Assembly (NCBI GenBank): GCA_038141705.1
Contig: JAYQIQ010000004.1
Location: 423,179 to 487,178, forward strand
Length of the DNA: 64,000 nt
Reading direction: 5' to 3'
Source: Candidatus Eutrophomonas brisbanensis
GTDB lineage: Bacteria > Pseudomonadota > Gammaproteobacteria > Burkholderiales > Eutrophovitaceae
A model generated the notes under the pieces. That model was not told the origin of the DNA and did not search any database. It saw only the letters and a program-made list of their open reading frames with translations. The position numbers and the translations under genes are program-made. This document shows, piece after piece, positions 34,802-47,840 of the stretch (the stretch's first letter is position 1; each line of letters opens with the position of its first letter).

Positions 34802-36895
34802 TTAGTCCTTATTAATCACAGCTTCCGCTACATTCTTAGGCGCCTCGGAGTAATGCTTAAACTCCATGGTGTAAGTCGCCCGACCCTGCGTTAACGATCG
34901 AAGAGTCGTCGAGTATCCAAACATTTCTGAAAGTGGCACCTCAGCTCGAATCGCTTTTCCACCACCCACAATGTCGTCCATACCCTGAATGGTTCCACGA
35001 CGGGAAGAAAGATCCCCCATCACGTCACCCATTTTTTCCTCTGGCGTTTCGACTTCAACCCCCATTATTGGCTCAAGCAAGGCCGCATTTGCCTTTCTCA
35101 TCCCATCTTTGAAAGCTAAAATCGCCGCCATTTTAAACGCGTTCTCAGACGAGTCGACCTCGTGGTAAGACCCATCAAACAACGTTACTTTTACGTCAAC
35201 CACTGGATAGCCTGCTACCACTCCAGAAGTCATCGCTTCTGCTAACCCTTTCTGTACTGCAGGGATATAGTCTTTCGGTACAGTTCCGCCTTTAATAGCA
35301 TCAACAAACTCGAATCCCGCTCCCTGCTCTGCGGGCTCCATTTTGAGCCAAACGTGGCCGTATTGTCCTTTACCACCACTTTGCTTGACGAACTTGCCTT
35401 CGATATCAACCAGCTTCTTAATTGCCTCACGATAGGCAACCTGGGGCTTACCGATGTTCGCTTCCACACCAAACTCTCGCTTCATACGATCTACGAGGAT
35501 CTCGAGATGTAGCTCACCCATTCCGGAAATAATTGTCTGACCAGACTCCTCGTCAGTTTTCACTCGGAAGGACGGATCCTCTTGAGCCAATCGACCAAGC
35601 GCTATGCCCATCTTCTCCTGGTCAGCCTTGGTTTTTGGCTCGACCGCCTGAGATATCACTGGCTCCGGAAACTCCATGCGCTCAAGAATCACGACTTTAT
35701 CAAGATTACAAATGGTGTCCCCAGTTGTCACATCTTTAAGGCCAACAGCCGCCGCAATGTCCCCCGCCCGCACTTCCTTAAGCTCTTCTCGGTTATTCGC
35801 ATGCATCTGGAGAATTCGACCAATTCTCTCCTTTTTTCCCTTGACCGGGTTATAGACTGAGTCGCCTGCGTTTATTACCCCTGAGTAAACTCTGAAGAAG
35901 ATTAGCTGACCCACGTACGGATCAGTCATAATCTTGAACGCTAGTCCCGCAAAAGGCTCCTTGTCATCCGCCTTTCTTTCTGCCGCATCGCCGGCCTCCG
36001 TCTCACACGGAACTGGCGGAATATCAACGGGCGATGGAAGGTAGTCGACAACACCATCAAGCATTGCCTGAACACCTTTATTTTTGAAAGCCGTACCACA
36101 CATCATCGGCACGATTTCTACCGCAATGGTTCGATCACGAATTCCTTTTTTAATTTCCTCGATGGACAAGTCACCTTCCTCAAGGTACTTGTTCATTAAT
36201 TCTTCGTTCGACTCTGCCGCAGCTTCAACAAGCTTCTCTCTCCACTCATCTGCCTGCGCCTTAAGTTCAGCTGGAATTTCTCTCTCTTCAAACTTGGTTC
36301 CTGCTGTTGCGTCGTCCCAGTAAATCGCCTTCATTTTTACCAGATCGACCACTCCTTCAAAGCTGTCCTCGGCACCGATCGGGATTTGCATCAATACGGC
36401 GTTGGCCTTGAGGCGAGCTTTCATTTGGTCATAGACCTTGAAAAAGTTAGCTCCCTGACGATCCATCTTATTGACGAAAGCCATCCTCGGCACGCGATAC
36501 TTGTTGGCCTGACGCCAAACCGTTTCCGACTGCGGCTGAACTCCACCAACGGCACAGTAAACCATACAAGCCCCATCGAGAACTCGCATCGAGCGCTCAA
36601 CCTCAATCGTAAAGTCTACGTGCCCAGGCGTATCAATGATGTTAATTCTGTGCTCTGGTAGCTGTCCGTCCATTCCCTTCCAGAAGCAGGTGGTAGCAGC
36701 AGACGTAATGGTGATTCCTCTCTCACGCTCCTGGGCCATCCAATCCATGACAGCCGCACCATCATGCACCTCACCGATCTTGTGAGACACACCTGTGTAG
36801 AAGAGGATCCTCTCAGTAGTCGTGGTCTTACCCGCATCAATGTGGGCACTGATTCCGATGTTTCTGTATCGGTCAATTGGAGTCGTTCTTGCCAT
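34802..36895 (-). CDS. fusA: Elongation factor G
   Basis: [36 protein letters not shown]. Confidence 0.99.
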   Translation of the reverse strand: MARTTPIDRYRNIGISAHIDAGKTTTTERILFYTGVSHKIGEVHDGAAVMDWMAQERERGITITSAATTCFWKGMDGQLPEHRINIIDTPGHVDFTIEVERSMRVLDGACMVYCAVGGVQPQSETVWRQANKYRVPRMAFVNKMDRQGANFFKVYDQMKARLKANAVLMQIPIGAEDSFEGVVDLVKMKAIYWDDATAGTKFEEREIPAELKAQADEWREKLVEAAAESNEELMNKYLEEGDLSIEEIKKGIRDRTIAVEIVPMMCGTAFKNKGVQAMLDGVVDYLPSPVDIPPVPCETEAGDAAERKADDKEPFAGLAFKIMTDPYVGQLIFFRVYSGVINAGDSVYNPVKGKKERIGRILQMHANNREELKEVRAGDIAAAVGLKDVTTGDTICNLDKVVILERMEFPEPVISQAVEPKTKADQEKMGIALGRLAQEDPSFRVKTDEESGQTIISGMGELHLEILVDRMKREFGVEANIGKPQVAYREAIKKLVDIEGKFVKQSGGKGQYGHVWLKMEPAEQGAGFEFVDAIKGGTVPKDYIPAVQKGLAEAMTSGVVAGYPVVDVKVTLFDGSYHEVDSSENAFKMAAILAFKDGMRKANAALLEPIMGVEVETPEEKMGDVMGDLSSRRGTIQGMDDIVGGGKAIRAEVPLSEMFGYSTTLRSLTQGRATYTMEFKHYSEAPKNVAEAVINKD

Positions 36896-36928
36896 CTAAA
36901 TTCTCTGCTTGTTCGTAGGAGTTGTTAA

Positions 36929-37399
36929 TTAGAACCGGTAGTGCCAGAAGGCCTTATTCGCCTCTGCCATCCTATGGACTTCTTCTTTTTTCTTAACGGC
37001 GCTACCTCTTCCTTCAGCAGCGTCTTTTAATTCGTTACCAAGGCGCTGAGCCATGGATTTCTCGCTGCGGCCACGTGCCGCATCTGTCAACCAACGCATT
37101 GCCAAGGCATTCCTGCGAGAAGGTCTCACTTCAACTGGAACCTGATAGTTCGCCCCGCCAACACGCCTGGATTTAACCTCAACGAAGGGTCGAACATTTT
37201 CAAGAGCTCCCTTGAAAATCTCGAGAGGATCACTTGATCCGCCTTTGGCTATATGATCAAAGGCTCCATAGACGATACGCTCAGCCACTGACTTCTTTCC
37301 ACGAGTCATGATCACGTTCATGAACTTCGCCACTTCTTGACTGTGGAATTTTGGATCCGGCAGGGTCTCTCTTTTTGGTACTTCTCTACGTCTTGGCAT
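36929..37399 (-). CDS. rpsG: 30S ribosomal protein S7
   Basis: [29 protein letters not shown]. Confidence 0.99.
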   Translation of the reverse strand: MPRRREVPKRETLPDPKFHSQEVAKFMNVIMTRGKKSVAERIVYGAFDHIAKGGSSDPLEIFKGALENVRPFVEVKSRRVGGANYQVPVEVRPSRRNALAMRWLTDAARGRSEKSMAQRLGNELKDAAEGRGSAVKKKEEVHRMAEANKAFWHYRF

Positions 37400-37453
37400 T
37401 TGAATTTTATTCCATTAATTTTAATGTTTTGGCAGCTCTAAACCTAAGCGTTG

Positions 37454-37831
37454 TTAACCGGCTTTCGCTCGTTTGGCGCCGTACTTCGATCTAGCCTGCT
37501 TCCTATCCTTAACTCCCTGGGTATCCAAGCTTCCGCGAACAACGTGGTAACGTACCCCTGGTAAGTCCTTAACTCGGCCGCCTCTTATCAGAACTACTGA
37601 GTGTTCTTGGAGGTTATGGCCCTCACCACCGATATAGCTAATAACCTCAAAACCGGTCGTCAATCGAACTTTTGCAACCTTTCGAAGTGCGGAATTAGGC
37701 TTCTTCGGCGTAGTGGTGTACACGCGCGTGCAGACCCCCCTCTTTGCGGGCGATCCTGCTAGCGCAGGTACTTTGCTCTTCACAACAGGAACTGATCTTC
37801 CCTTACGAACAAGTTGATTAATTGTTGGCAT
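37454..37831 (-). CDS. rpsL: 30S ribosomal protein S12
   Basis: [28 protein letters not shown]. Confidence 0.99.
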   Translation of the reverse strand: MPTINQLVRKGRSVPVVKSKVPALAGSPAKRGVCTRVYTTTPKKPNSALRKVAKVRLTTGFEVISYIGGEGHNLQEHSVVLIRGGRVKDLPGVRYHVVRGSLDTQGVKDRKQARSKYGAKRAKAG

Positions 37832-37937
37832 CGTTTTTGTTACCCTAAAAATAGCCGGGACGGATCAACTCCGTCCCGTATGACACTGTTTTTACACAAT
37901 TTCGAGCGAAAATATTCAGCACGAAAAAAGACGTGGG

Positions 37938-37966
37938 ATTCTAGTTTCTAAGCCACTCTATGTCAA
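37938..37966 (-). promoter_or_regulatory. sigma70 promoter of the str operon; -35 overlaps the rpoC stop
   Basis: TTGACA (37966-37961)-N17-TAGAAT (37943-37938). Confidence 0.8.
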
Positions 37967-40900
37967 GCCGCAGCCTCTCCCTCCGTCTCGGAACTAGCCA
38001 CTTCCGCAGAAATATCCTCTGAAGAGTTTTCTTCAAATATTTCCGTAGATGTGTCTGATTTTCTCGTTCTGTGGTAGGCGAGGCCCGTTCCAGCAGGGAT
38101 CAAACGTCCCACAATCACGTTTTCCTTCAAGCCACGCAGGTCGTCCTTCTTGCCCATTATTGCCGCCTCCGTCAAGCCTCTAGTTGTTTCTTGGAAGGAA
38201 GCCGCTGAAATGAACGAATCGGTCGACAGGGAGGCCTTCGTGATACCCAGAAGGACATGCTCGTATGTTGCTGGAGCCTTACCATCCGCTATGAGTTCCT
38301 CGTTTGCTACCAATACATCAGACTTCTCAACTTGCTCACCCTGAATAAATCCTGAATCTCCAGAGTCAGCAACGATTACGCGGCGGAGCATTTGTCGAAC
38401 AATGACCTCGATATGCTTATCATTGATCTTAACGCCTTGAAGTCTGTAAACATCTTGCACCTCATCAATTACGTAGCGGGCAAGCGCTTCGACGCCCAGC
38501 AGCTTGAGTATCTCATGAGGATCTGGCGGACCATCTACGATCATCTCGCCAGTCGTAACGGATTGTCCGTCGTGTACCAGTACGTGCTTGTCTTTTGAGA
38601 TCAGAAATTCATGAGCAACACCATCCACATCAGTAATAACCAAACGCTGCTTGCCCTTTGTATCTTTACCAAAAGAAACCGTTCCAGTAATAGCTGCCAA
38701 AACCCCAGCATCTTTCGGGGCCCTAGCCTCAAACAGCTCGGCCACTCGAGGAAGACCACCTGTGATATCGCGCGTTTTTGAACTTTCCTGTGGAATTCTC
38801 GCCAAGATCTCTCCGACTCCAACTTTTTGACCATCACGAACCGTGATAACCGAATTAGTTGGGAAGGTAATATTCACTGGCTTGTCAGTGCCAGCGATCT
38901 TAGCCTCCTCACCATTGTCATCCACCAACCGCACGCTCGGTCGCGAAGTTTTGGCGGCAGAGCTAGATCCTCTGGCAGCCACATCTGACACGACAAGGGT
39001 TGATAACCCCGTCACATCATCAATTTGCCGAGTTACCGTTACTCCTTCCTCAACATTCTCGAATTTGACCGTTCCAGAGTACTCAGTAACGATAGGACGA
39101 GTATGTGGATCCCAATTAGCCAATATGGCGCCCGCTTTAACCGCATCACCATCTGACATCGTCAGAACCGCACCATATGGGACCTTGTGTCTTTCTCGTT
39201 CTCGACCAACGTCGTCTAAAACAACGACCTCCCCAGAGCGAGAGATCACCACTCGATCACCACGATCATTCGTCACATACCGCATTTGCGATGAAAACTT
39301 TACAACACCCTTGGACTTACTTTCGATCTGGCTGGCCACCGCGGTACGAGATGCAGCTCCTCCAATGTGGAAGGTTCGCATGGTCAGCTGAGTTCCCGGC
39401 TCACCAATCGATTGTGCGGCGACAACACCGACCGCCTCACCAGCATTGACTGGTGTACCCCTACCAAGATCTCGCCCGTAACACTTCGCGCAAAGCCCGT
39501 ATCGCGTCTCACAGGTCAATGGGGTTCTAACCTTGACCTCGTCCGCACCGCTATTCTCGATCCGCTCAACGAGTTTCTCATCAAGCAGCGTTCCTGCAGA
39601 AACCAACTCTGCGCCATTCTCTGGATCAATTACGTCCTCGGCCACCACTCTTCCTAAGATGCGCTCTCCGAGCGGCTCAATAACCTCACCACCCTCAATG
39701 AGAGCCTTCTGCGTGAAACCGTTGGTGGTTCCGCAATCATCCTCGACAACCACAAGGTCTTGCGTAACATCCACCAATCTTCGGGTTAGATAACCTGAGT
39801 TAGCCGTTTTCAATGCTGTGTCCGCAAGACCCTTTCTGGCACCATGAGTCGATATGAAGTACTGGAGCACATTCAGACCCTCTCGGAAATTCGCAGTGAT
39901 CGGTGTTTCGATAATCGAACCGTCTGGCTTCGCCATCAGACCACGCATACCAGCCAATTGCCGAATCTGCGCAGCTGAACCTCGCGCCCCAGAATCGGCC
40001 ATCATGTAGATGGAATTAAAGGACTCCTGAAAAACCGGCTTTCCTTTTTCGTCTTTGAGTGGTTCCCAATCGTTTGATTCCATATTCCACTTCTTGACGG
40101 GCTCTTTACCAAGTCTATCCATCATTGCTTTCGCTATGACCTCTCCGGCACGACCCCAAATATCAACAACCTTGTTGTATCTCTCACCTTGCGTGACAAG
40201 ACCTGAGGTGTACTGCCCTTCAACCTCTTTAACTTCACTCTCAGCCTCAGCAATCAAGCTGACTTTTTCGTCGGGGATTTCCATATCCTTCACTGCAAAC
40301 GATAACCCCGCCCTTGTTGCATTGTTAAAGCCGGTGTACATCAATTTGTCAGCAAAAATGACAGTCTCACGGATCCCACAATCTCTAAAGCTTGAGTTGA
40401 TAAGCTTAGAAATCTCTTTTTTCTTGAGCGCTTTATTGATCAACGAAAAAGATAGGCCTTCTGGCAAAATATCAGACAAGAACGAACGGCCAACCGTGGT
40501 CTTGTATCGCACTAGTTTGCGACCCGCCCCACCGTTCTCGACCGATTTACCCTCCCAAACACGAACCTCACAAGAGGCCTGCAGGTCTACAGCGCCATTC
40601 TCATAGGCTCTGCGGGCTTCCAAAATATCAGCAAAGAACATTCCTTCGCCTTTCGCACCAAGCTTCTCCCGGGTCATGTAGTAAAGACCAAGAACAATGT
40701 CTTGAGAAGGAACAATAATAGGCTCTCCATTAGCTGGGGAGAGCACGTTGTTTGAGGAGAGCATTAACGTACGAGCTTCCATTTGGGCTTCAAGTGAAAG
40801 CGGAACATGAACCGCCATTTGGTCTCCATCAAAGTCGGCGTTAAACGCAGAGCAAACCAAAGGATGCAACTGAATCGCTTTTCCTTCGATCAAAACTGGT

Positions 40901-42213
40901 TCAAAAGCTTGGATCCCTAATCGATGAAGCGTTGGCGCACGATTGAGCATCACTGGATGCTCTCGAATGACCTCTTCCAAAATGTCCCAAACTTCTGGAA
41001 TCTCTTGCTCCACTAATCTCTTCGCAGCCTTGATTGTGGTCGCTAAACCTAGAAGCTCCAATTTATGAAAGATAAATGGCTTGAAAAGCTCCAATGCCAT
41101 TTTTTTCGGAAGACCGCACTGGTGCAACTTTAACTGGGGCCCCACGACGATAACTGATCTTCCAGAATAGTCGACCCTCTTCCCGAGAAGGTTTTGCCTG
41201 AATCGACCGCCCTTTCCTTTGATCATATCGGCCAAAGATTTTAGAGGTCGTTTGTTGGCTCCAGTCATTGCCTTCCCGCGACGTCCGTTGTCCAACAACG
41301 AATCCACAGACTCCTGAAGCATACGCTTCTCGTTACGACAAATAATTTCTGGAGCGCGAAGCTCTAGCAATCGCTTCAATCGGTTGTTCCTATTGATCAC
41401 CCTTCTGTAGAGATCATTTAGATCCGATGTTGCAAATCGCCCGCCATCAAGAGGCACCAAAGGCCTCAACTCCGGAGGCAACACAGGCAGCACCTCCATG
41501 ATCATCCACTCTGGCTTGATACCAGACTTTTGAAAACCCTCAAGAACCTTCAACCGTTTCGCAATTTTCTTAATCTTCGTTTCAGATTCTGTGCTGTCGA
41601 GCTCGGCGCGCAGTTTTTCGATCTCACTCCCGACATCAAGATTCTTGAGCAAATCGCGAATGCCTTCAGCCCCCATGACCGCACTGAACTCATCACCAAA
41701 CTCTTCGAACTTTTCAAGATAGTTCTCTTCAGACAGCAAATCTCCTTTGTTCAGAGGAGTCATCCCTGGATGAGTAACAATATAAGCTTCGAAGTACAAG
41801 ACGCGCTCGATATCTCGAAGTGGTATATCTAGTACTAGGCCCAGTCTAGATGGCAGTGACTTGAGAAACCAAATGTGTGCGACCGGAGATGCGAGCTCAA
41901 TGTGGGCCATACGTTCTCGACGAACCTTCGAGAGCGTTACTTCGACTCCACACTTTTCACAAATCACTCCGCGATGCTTCAGCCTTTTGTATTTTCCACA
42001 AAGACATTCGTAGTCTTTAACTGGGCCAAATATCTTGGCGCAAAACAAACCATCTCTCTCAGGTTTAAAAGTTCGATAGTTAATCGTCTCAGGCTTTCTA
42101 ACCTCACCATAAGACCAAGATCGGATTTTCTCAGGAGAAGCCAATCCGATCCGAATTGCATCAAACTCCTCTTCTTGATTAACCTGCTTGAATAGATCCA
42201 GCAACGCTTTCAT
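37963..42213 (-). CDS. rpoC: RNA polymerase beta-prime subunit
   Basis: [43 protein letters not shown]. Confidence 0.99.
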   Translation of the reverse strand: MKALLDLFKQVNQEEEFDAIRIGLASPEKIRSWSYGEVRKPETINYRTFKPERDGLFCAKIFGPVKDYECLCGKYKRLKHRGVICEKCGVEVTLSKVRRERMAHIELASPVAHIWFLKSLPSRLGLVLDIPLRDIERVLYFEAYIVTHPGMTPLNKGDLLSEENYLEKFEEFGDEFSAVMGAEGIRDLLKNLDVGSEIEKLRAELDSTESETKIKKIAKRLKVLEGFQKSGIKPEWMIMEVLPVLPPELRPLVPLDGGRFATSDLNDLYRRVINRNNRLKRLLELRAPEIICRNEKRMLQESVDSLLDNGRRGKAMTGANKRPLKSLADMIKGKGGRFRQNLLGKRVDYSGRSVIVVGPQLKLHQCGLPKKMALELFKPFIFHKLELLGLATTIKAAKRLVEQEIPEVWDILEEVIREHPVMLNRAPTLHRLGIQAFEPVLIEGKAIQLHPLVCSAFNADFDGDQMAVHVPLSLEAQMEARTLMLSSNNVLSPANGEPIIVPSQDIVLGLYYMTREKLGAKGEGMFFADILEARRAYENGAVDLQASCEVRVWEGKSVENGGAGRKLVRYKTTVGRSFLSDILPEGLSFSLINKALKKKEISKLINSSFRDCGIRETVIFADKLMYTGFNNATRAGLSFAVKDMEIPDEKVSLIAEAESEVKEVEGQYTSGLVTQGERYNKVVDIWGRAGEVIAKAMMDRLGKEPVKKWNMESNDWEPLKDEKGKPVFQESFNSIYMMADSGARGSAAQIRQLAGMRGLMAKPDGSIIETPITANFREGLNVLQYFISTHGARKGLADTALKTANSGYLTRRLVDVTQDLVVVEDDCGTTNGFTQKALIEGGEVIEPLGERILGRVVAEDVIDPENGAELVSAGTLLDEKLVERIENSGADEVKVRTPLTCETRYGLCAKCYGRDLGRGTPVNAGEAVGVVAAQSIGEPGTQLTMRTFHIGGAASRTAVASQIESKSKGVVKFSSQMRYVTNDRGDRVVISRSGEVVVLDDVGRERERHKVPYGAVLTMSDGDAVKAGAILANWDPHTRPIVTEYSGTVKFENVEEGVTVTRQIDDVTGLSTLVVSDVAARGSSSAAKTSRPSVRLVDDNGEEAKIAGTDKPVNITFPTNSVITVRDGQKVGVGEILARIPQESSKTRDITGGLPRVAELFEARAPKDAGVLAAITGTVSFGKDTKGKQRLVITDVDGVAHEFLISKDKHVLVHDGQSVTTGEMIVDGPPDPHEILKLLGVEALARYVIDEVQDVYRLQGVKINDKHIEVIVRQMLRRVIVADSGDSGFIQGEQVEKSDVLVANEELIADGKAPATYEHVLLGITKASLSTDSFISAASFQETTRGLTEAAIMGKKDDLRGLKENVIVGRLIPAGTGLAYHRTRKSDTSTEIFEENSSEDISAEVASSETEGEAAA

Positions 42214-42260
42214 TGTCTGCCCCTTCTAAATAATCTCGTACGATGTGGTGCCCAGTTTGC

Positions 42261-45200
42261 TTAATTGCGCGCCAAGGCAATATCAATGACTAGCGAACGA
42301 ATTTCTTTCACGAGTACATTGAACGACTCAGGCATCCCAGCATCAATTTTGTGCTCACCTTTAACGATGTTCTCGTAAACCTTTGTCCTTCCGTTTACGT
42401 CATCAGATTTGACGGTAAGCATCTCTTGGAGCGTATAGGATGCTCCATACGCTTCGAGCGCCCAAACTTCCATCTCACCAAACCGTTGCCCACCAAATTG
42501 GGCTTTCCCGCCCAATGGCTGCTGAGTAACCAGTGAATATGGGCCAGTAGATCGCGCGTGCTTCTTGTCGTCCACCAAGTGGTGTAACTTGAGCATGTGC
42601 ATGTATCCAACCGTGACCTCTTGATCAAACGCGTCTCCAGTACGCCCATCAATCAGTTTCACCTGACCAGACTTCGGAAGGTCAGCTAGCTCGAGCATTT
42701 TGTGTATCTCGGCCTCATGCGCCCCATCGAATACTGCAGTTGCAAAGGGCACTCCGTGCTTTAGCTGGCCACAAAGATCCAGGATTTCCTCGTCACTCAA
42801 GCTCTTCAAATCTTCCGATTTTCCGCTGGAGTTATAGATCTCGTTTAAAAATTTACGAACATCGGCGATCTTGGATTTCGCTTGCAGCATTTCACCAATT
42901 TTGTGCCCAAGTCCCTTCGCAGCCCAACCGAGATGTGTCTCCAATATTTGGCCGACGTTCATTCGAGAAGGAACACCAAGAGGGTTCAACACAATATCCA
43001 TCGGCGTACCATCAGCGGTGTGAGGCATATCCTCTACCGGCACTATCTTAGAAATAACACCCTTGTTTCCATGACGGCCCGCCATCTTGTCGCCAGGCTG
43101 AAGTCTTCTCTTGACCGCAAGGTAAACCTTAACCATCTTTTGAACGCCCGGCGGCAACTCATCACCGGAGGTTAATTTCTTCTGCTTCTCATCGAAGCGA
43201 GCATCGAAATCAATCCTAGCTTGCTCCAAACCTTCTTTGATTTGCTCGACTTGCGTTGCAGCGCCATCATTCTCTAAGCGAATATCAAACCAGTCATATT
43301 TCGAAAGCTCATCGAGGTATGCTTTCGTAACTTTTGTGCCCTTCGCTTTTTTCTTAGGCCCGCCGTTTGCTACTTTACCCACCAAGAGCTTTTGAAGGCG
43401 CCCAAATGCGTCGCCCTCAACGATTCTCATCCGATCGGATAAATCCTGACGGAAACGCTTGAGCTCATCATCGACGATACTCTGTGCCCTAGCGTCACGC
43501 TCAACACCCTCTCTGGTAAACACTTGAACATCAATAACCGTCCCTGCCATCCCCGAGGGCACGCGTAGAGAAGTATCTTTTACGTCGGATGCCTTCTCAC
43601 CAAAAATCGCTCGCAGTAGCTTTTCCTCTGGAGTTAACTGGGTCTCCCCCTTAGGAGTTACCTTTCCGACCAATACATCGCCTGCGTCCACCTCGGCACC
43701 AATGTACACAACACCAGACTCGTCCAATCTAGATAACTGCGCCTCAGATAAATTTGAAATATCTCGTGTGATTTCCTCGGAACCAAGCTTTGTATCTCGA
43801 GCAACCACAGACAATTCCTCAATGTGAATCGAGGTGAATCGATCATCGGAAACCACGTTCTCAGAAATAAGAATCGAGTCCTCAAAGTTGTAACCGTTCC
43901 AGGGCATAAAAGCCACAAGAAGGTTTTGACCGAGCGCCAATTCACCAAGGTCAGTTGATGCGCCATCCGCCACAACATCTCCTCGAGCGACGATATCACC
44001 ACGCTTGACGATGGGCCTTTGGTTGATGTTGGTATTTTGGTTAGAGCGGGTGTACTTCACCAGGTTATAAATATCTACGCCTGCTTCCCCAGCGCGGGTC
44101 TCGTCGTCATTGACCCTGATCACAATCCTGCCAGCATCTACGTAGTCTACGAGACCACCTCGCTCTGCCTGAACTGCTGTGCCCGAATCCACGGCAACCG
44201 TTCTCTCAATACCAGTACCAACCAGCGCCTTTTCTGCCCGTAGACAAGGAACCGCCTGACGCTGCATGTTCGAACCCATAAGAGCTCGGTTCGCATCATC
44301 GTGCTCGAGAAACGGTATTAGCGAAGCCGCAACTGAGACAATCTGCGATGGCGCTACGTCCATGAAATCCACCTGGTCTGGTGCCATTAAGCTGAATTCG
44401 CCACGATGCCGACAGGAAACGATTTCGTCAGTAAGCTTGCCATTCTTATCGTAGGCGGCATTTGCTTGTGCGATGACGTGATGGCCTTCATCGATCGCCG
44501 ATAGAAACTCAATCTCGTCCGTAACCTTTCCGTTCTTCACCTTGATGTATGGCGTTTCTAAAAAACCATAATCGTTCGCTCGAGCATATAACGCCAAAGA
44601 ATTTATGAGACCAATATTCGGGCCTTCTGGCGTTTCAATCGGACAAACGCGACCATAGTGGGTCGGATGTACGTCACGGACCTCAAAGCCAGCTCTTTCA
44701 CGCGTCAAACCCCCTGGCCCAAGAGCCGAGACCCGTCTTTTATGCGTGATCTCTGATAACGGGTTAGTTTGATCCATGAACTGGGACAACTGAGAAGAAC
44801 CAAAAAACTCTCTCACCGCAGCCGATACTGGCTTCGCATTTATCAAATCGTGAGGCATTAGGTTTTCTGACTCAGCTTGCGCCAAGCGCTCTCGAACTGC
44901 TCTCTCAACCCTAACAAGACCTGAACGGAATTGATTTTCCGCGAGCTCCCCTACCGAGCGAACCCGCCGATTACCCAAGTGGTCGATATCATCGATCTCA
45001 CCACGGCCATTTCGGAGCTCAACTAAAATACCAATTACCGCAAGAATATCCTCATTGCTCAAGGTGCCGACACTTTCGTCCGCCCCATGACGGTTCTTTT
45101 CGTAGAAATTTTTCATCCACTCAGAGCCCTTTGGATCTATTACCTCTGGATATGCTCTGCGATTGAACTTCATTCTCCCCACGGCCGATAAGTCATATCG

Positions 45201-46394
45201 CTCGGGAGCGTAAAAGAGCCCATTGAAAAGCCCATTGACGGCGTCCTCAGTTGGTGGTTCGCCAGGGCGCATCATTCGATAAATTGCCACTTGGGCTGAT
45301 AGCTGATCTGGAACGTCATCTGCTCGTAATGTTTGAGAGATGTAGTCACCCTGATCCAAATCGTTTATGTATAACGTTTCAATCTCACCGACTTTCGCAT
45401 CCTTGAGCGCTGCGATCACATCCTCCGTGATTTCATCATTTGCTCGGCAAATGATTTCACCCGTATCTTTATTTACGACGTTTTTTGCGAGAATCTTTCC
45501 GATCAGAAAATCATCTGAAACAGTAACAGTTTTGACACCCGCTTCCTCTAGTTCACGTACGTGACGAACGGTTATACGCTTGTCTTTTGGAACAATGACC
45601 TTGCCGCCCTTACCTTTGATGTCAAATCGCGCGACTTCTCCTCGTAAACGCTCCGGGGTAATGTGATACTCGATCCCGCCCTTTTTCATTCCAAACGTAT
45701 CGAATACATAGAAGAAATTAAGAATCTCTTCGACACTCATACCGATCGCCTTCAACAAAATTGAAACTGGCAACTTTCGTCGGCGATCGATTCGGAAGAA
45801 CAGATGATCCTTCGGGTCAAACTCAAAATCGAGCCAAGATCCACGGTAAGGAATAATGCGAGCAGAGAACAACAGTTTCCCAGACGAATGCGTCTTTCCT
45901 CGATCGTGCTCAAAGAACACTCCAGGAGAGCGATGAAGCTGAGAAACGATCACCCGCTCGGTTCCGTTAATAACGAAAGATCCCGTCTGAGTCATTAACG
46001 GTATTTCACCCATATAAACGACCTGCTCTTTCGCCTCTTTAATCGTTGGCTTAGAAGCCTCCTTATCTAAAAGAGTCAGTCGCACCTTCGCGCGCAGTGA
46101 GGCAGCGTAATTTAGACCACGTTGTTGGCATTCCTTAACATCAAACGCTGGAGCCCCCAATTCATATTCGATAAATTCAAGTCGAGCATTACCGGAATGG
46201 CTATTAATTGGAAAAATCGTCTCAAACGCTGCTTGGAGTCCGTTTTTCTTTCTTTTGGACGGAGCTACATCCGATTGCAGAAACGAAGCGTACGACTCAA
46301 GCTGCGTCGCTAATAAGTAAGGAACAGGAGCCACACCAGTTCGTTTGGCAAAGCTCTTACGAATACGTTTTTTCTCAGTAAACGAGTAAGACAT
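42261..46394 (-). CDS. rpoB: RNA polymerase beta subunit
   Basis: [42 protein letters not shown]. Confidence 0.99.
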   Translation of the reverse strand: MSYSFTEKKRIRKSFAKRTGVAPVPYLLATQLESYASFLQSDVAPSKRKKNGLQAAFETIFPINSHSGNARLEFIEYELGAPAFDVKECQQRGLNYAASLRAKVRLTLLDKEASKPTIKEAKEQVVYMGEIPLMTQTGSFVINGTERVIVSQLHRSPGVFFEHDRGKTHSSGKLLFSARIIPYRGSWLDFEFDPKDHLFFRIDRRRKLPVSILLKAIGMSVEEILNFFYVFDTFGMKKGGIEYHITPERLRGEVARFDIKGKGGKVIVPKDKRITVRHVRELEEAGVKTVTVSDDFLIGKILAKNVVNKDTGEIICRANDEITEDVIAALKDAKVGEIETLYINDLDQGDYISQTLRADDVPDQLSAQVAIYRMMRPGEPPTEDAVNGLFNGLFYAPERYDLSAVGRMKFNRRAYPEVIDPKGSEWMKNFYEKNRHGADESVGTLSNEDILAVIGILVELRNGRGEIDDIDHLGNRRVRSVGELAENQFRSGLVRVERAVRERLAQAESENLMPHDLINAKPVSAAVREFFGSSQLSQFMDQTNPLSEITHKRRVSALGPGGLTRERAGFEVRDVHPTHYGRVCPIETPEGPNIGLINSLALYARANDYGFLETPYIKVKNGKVTDEIEFLSAIDEGHHVIAQANAAYDKNGKLTDEIVSCRHRGEFSLMAPDQVDFMDVAPSQIVSVAASLIPFLEHDDANRALMGSNMQRQAVPCLRAEKALVGTGIERTVAVDSGTAVQAERGGLVDYVDAGRIVIRVNDDETRAGEAGVDIYNLVKYTRSNQNTNINQRPIVKRGDIVARGDVVADGASTDLGELALGQNLLVAFMPWNGYNFEDSILISENVVSDDRFTSIHIEELSVVARDTKLGSEEITRDISNLSEAQLSRLDESGVVYIGAEVDAGDVLVGKVTPKGETQLTPEEKLLRAIFGEKASDVKDTSLRVPSGMAGTVIDVQVFTREGVERDARAQSIVDDELKRFRQDLSDRMRIVEGDAFGRLQKLLVGKVANGGPKKKAKGTKVTKAYLDELSKYDWFDIRLENDGAATQVEQIKEGLEQARIDFDARFDEKQKKLTSGDELPPGVQKMVKVYLAVKRRLQPGDKMAGRHGNKGVISKIVPVEDMPHTADGTPMDIVLNPLGVPSRMNVGQILETHLGWAAKGLGHKIGEMLQAKSKIADVRKFLNEIYNSSGKSEDLKSLSDEEILDLCGQLKHGVPFATAVFDGAHEAEIHKMLELADLPKSGQVKLIDGRTGDAFDQEVTVGYMHMLKLHHLVDDKKHARSTGPYSLVTQQPLGGKAQFGGQRFGEMEVWALEAYGASYTLQEMLTVKSDDVNGRTKVYENIVKGEHKIDAGMPESFNVLVKEIRSLVIDIALARN

Positions 46395-46578
46395 AGAATC
46401 TCCGTGAGTACATATTCCAATTGGACAAATCTATCTCCTCAATAAGGAGTTAGAGCACGGTTTAGTGATTGGCATCTACCAATCTATAGCTGACGACCGG
46501 AGGACCCGGTCCGACTAAACCCAATTAATACACAAACAATAAAAAAATAATGTTGTTATTTTTTTATTGTCTGAAAGC

Positions 46579-46606
46579 AGCGTCGCCTTTTGAAAAAGGC
46601 GACGCT
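46579..46606 (-). terminator. Hairpin after rplL (attenuator/terminator-like)
   Basis: AGCGTCGCCTTTT-GA-AAAAGGCGACGCT inverted repeat; only a weak U-tract on the minus strand. Confidence 0.55.
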
Positions 46607-46621
46607 TCAGCCAGTACAAAC

Positions 46622-47001
46622 TTATTTGACTTCGACAGTAGCTCCAGCTTCCTCGAGCTGCTTTTTGAAATCATCTGCTTCTGCTTTAGAGACTCCCTCT
46701 TTGATTGGCTTAGGCGCTCCATCAACAAGATCCTTAGCTTCTTTAAGGCCAAGTGCGGTAATTGCTCTAACAGCTTTAATAACACCAACTTTATTGTCGC
46801 CAGCAGCTGCCAAAATAACATCGAACTCAGTCTTCTCAGCACCACCGCCAGCATCAGCGCCACCGCCCGCTGCAGGAGCAGCGACCGCTACAGCAGCAGC
46901 AGCTGCGGAAACGCCAAACTTCTCTTCCATCTCGGTGATTAGCTCCGATAGCTCCAAAACGCTCATGCTAGAAATAGCATCAAAATTTCTGCTTTACCCA
47001 T
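46622..47001 (-). CDS. rplL: 50S ribosomal protein L7/L12; -1 frameshift near 46982
   Basis: [31 protein letters not shown]. One extra base restores N-terminal MGKAEI.DAISSMS from ATG 47001 after a GGAG RBS. Confidence 0.96.
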
Positions 47002-47049
47002 TTAAATATCTCCTACAAAAATCAAAATTTTCGAAAACGCGAAAGAGCT

Positions 47050-47580
47050 CTACGCTGCTTCCTTCTCCTTCATATCTCTGACCGCTGCTAAGCCACGAAC
47101 AAACTTTGTTGGCACCTCGTTGAGGGTTTGAACAAATTTTGCAATCGGCGCTTGCATCGTGCCCAAAAGCTTTGCCAGCAATTCTTCACGGCTAGGCATT
47201 TTTGCCAACCGAGTGACCTCTTCTTTTGACATCACCTGATTTGGCATAGCGCCCAACTTAAGCAAGAACTTATCGTTATCTTTAGAAAAGTCGCTTAGCA
47301 CTTTTGCTGCAGCAACGGGGTCATCTGATATTCCGTAAGCCAACGGACCTACCATCTCACCAGACAAACCCTCAAAGGGTGTGTCCTTAACCGCAATTTT
47401 GGCCAGAGTATTCTTGAGAACTCTCAAGTAAACACCACTGTTACGGGCATTCACTCGTAGCCGCGTCATTTCCTCGACAGTCAACCCTCTGTACTCAGCC
47501 AAAACGACTGCCTGAGCATTTGCGAGTTTTTGCGAGATCTCTTCGACGACTGCTTCTTTCTCTTTTCTATTGAGACTCAA
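47050..47580 (-). CDS. rplJ: 50S ribosomal protein L10
   Basis: [21 protein letters not shown]. Confidence 0.98.
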   Translation of the reverse strand: MSLNRKEKEAVVEEISQKLANAQAVVLAEYRGLTVEEMTRLRVNARNSGVYLRVLKNTLAKIAVKDTPFEGLSGEMVGPLAYGISDDPVAAAKVLSDFSKDNDKFLLKLGAMPNQVMSKEEVTRLAKMPSREELLAKLLGTMQAPIAKFVQTLNEVPTKFVRGLAAVRDMKEKEAA

Positions 47581-47714
47581 GTGTTTTCTCCTATTACATA
47601 AAAGGTTTGGCGCGAACGCCTCACCACCTAAAATTAATAGCGGCCTTAGGCTCAGGAGCTAGAAGCAAAAATTGGACCTAAAAAATAAATCCAAAAATCC
47701 TGATTCTTGGTTTC

Positions 47715-47782
47715 GCTATCTGCGTAGGCAAATGAGCAATGCTCAAAAATTACGTTCTTAGAACACCTACGGTCTTTGACAG
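47715..47782 (-). promoter_or_regulatory. L10 ribosomal-protein leader (cis-regulatory RNA)
   Basis: Minus strand AAGACCGTAGGTG...CCTACGCAGA upstream of rplJ, the hallmark of the proteobacterial L10 leader. Confidence 0.75.
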
Positions 47783-47840
47783 CCCCGGCCACCAAAAAAG
47801 TAGCCGAGTCCCAAAGTCTTTCAATAACTACAACTATCTT

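Noticed and set aside
38843-40606. Long plus-strand ORFs (38843..39391, 40055..40606) inside rpoC
   Set aside because: Antisense shadows caused by codon bias in a highly expressed gene.
46550-47081. Plus-strand ORFs 46550..46942 and 46590..47081
   Set aside because: Antisense shadows of rplL with no RBS or family motif.
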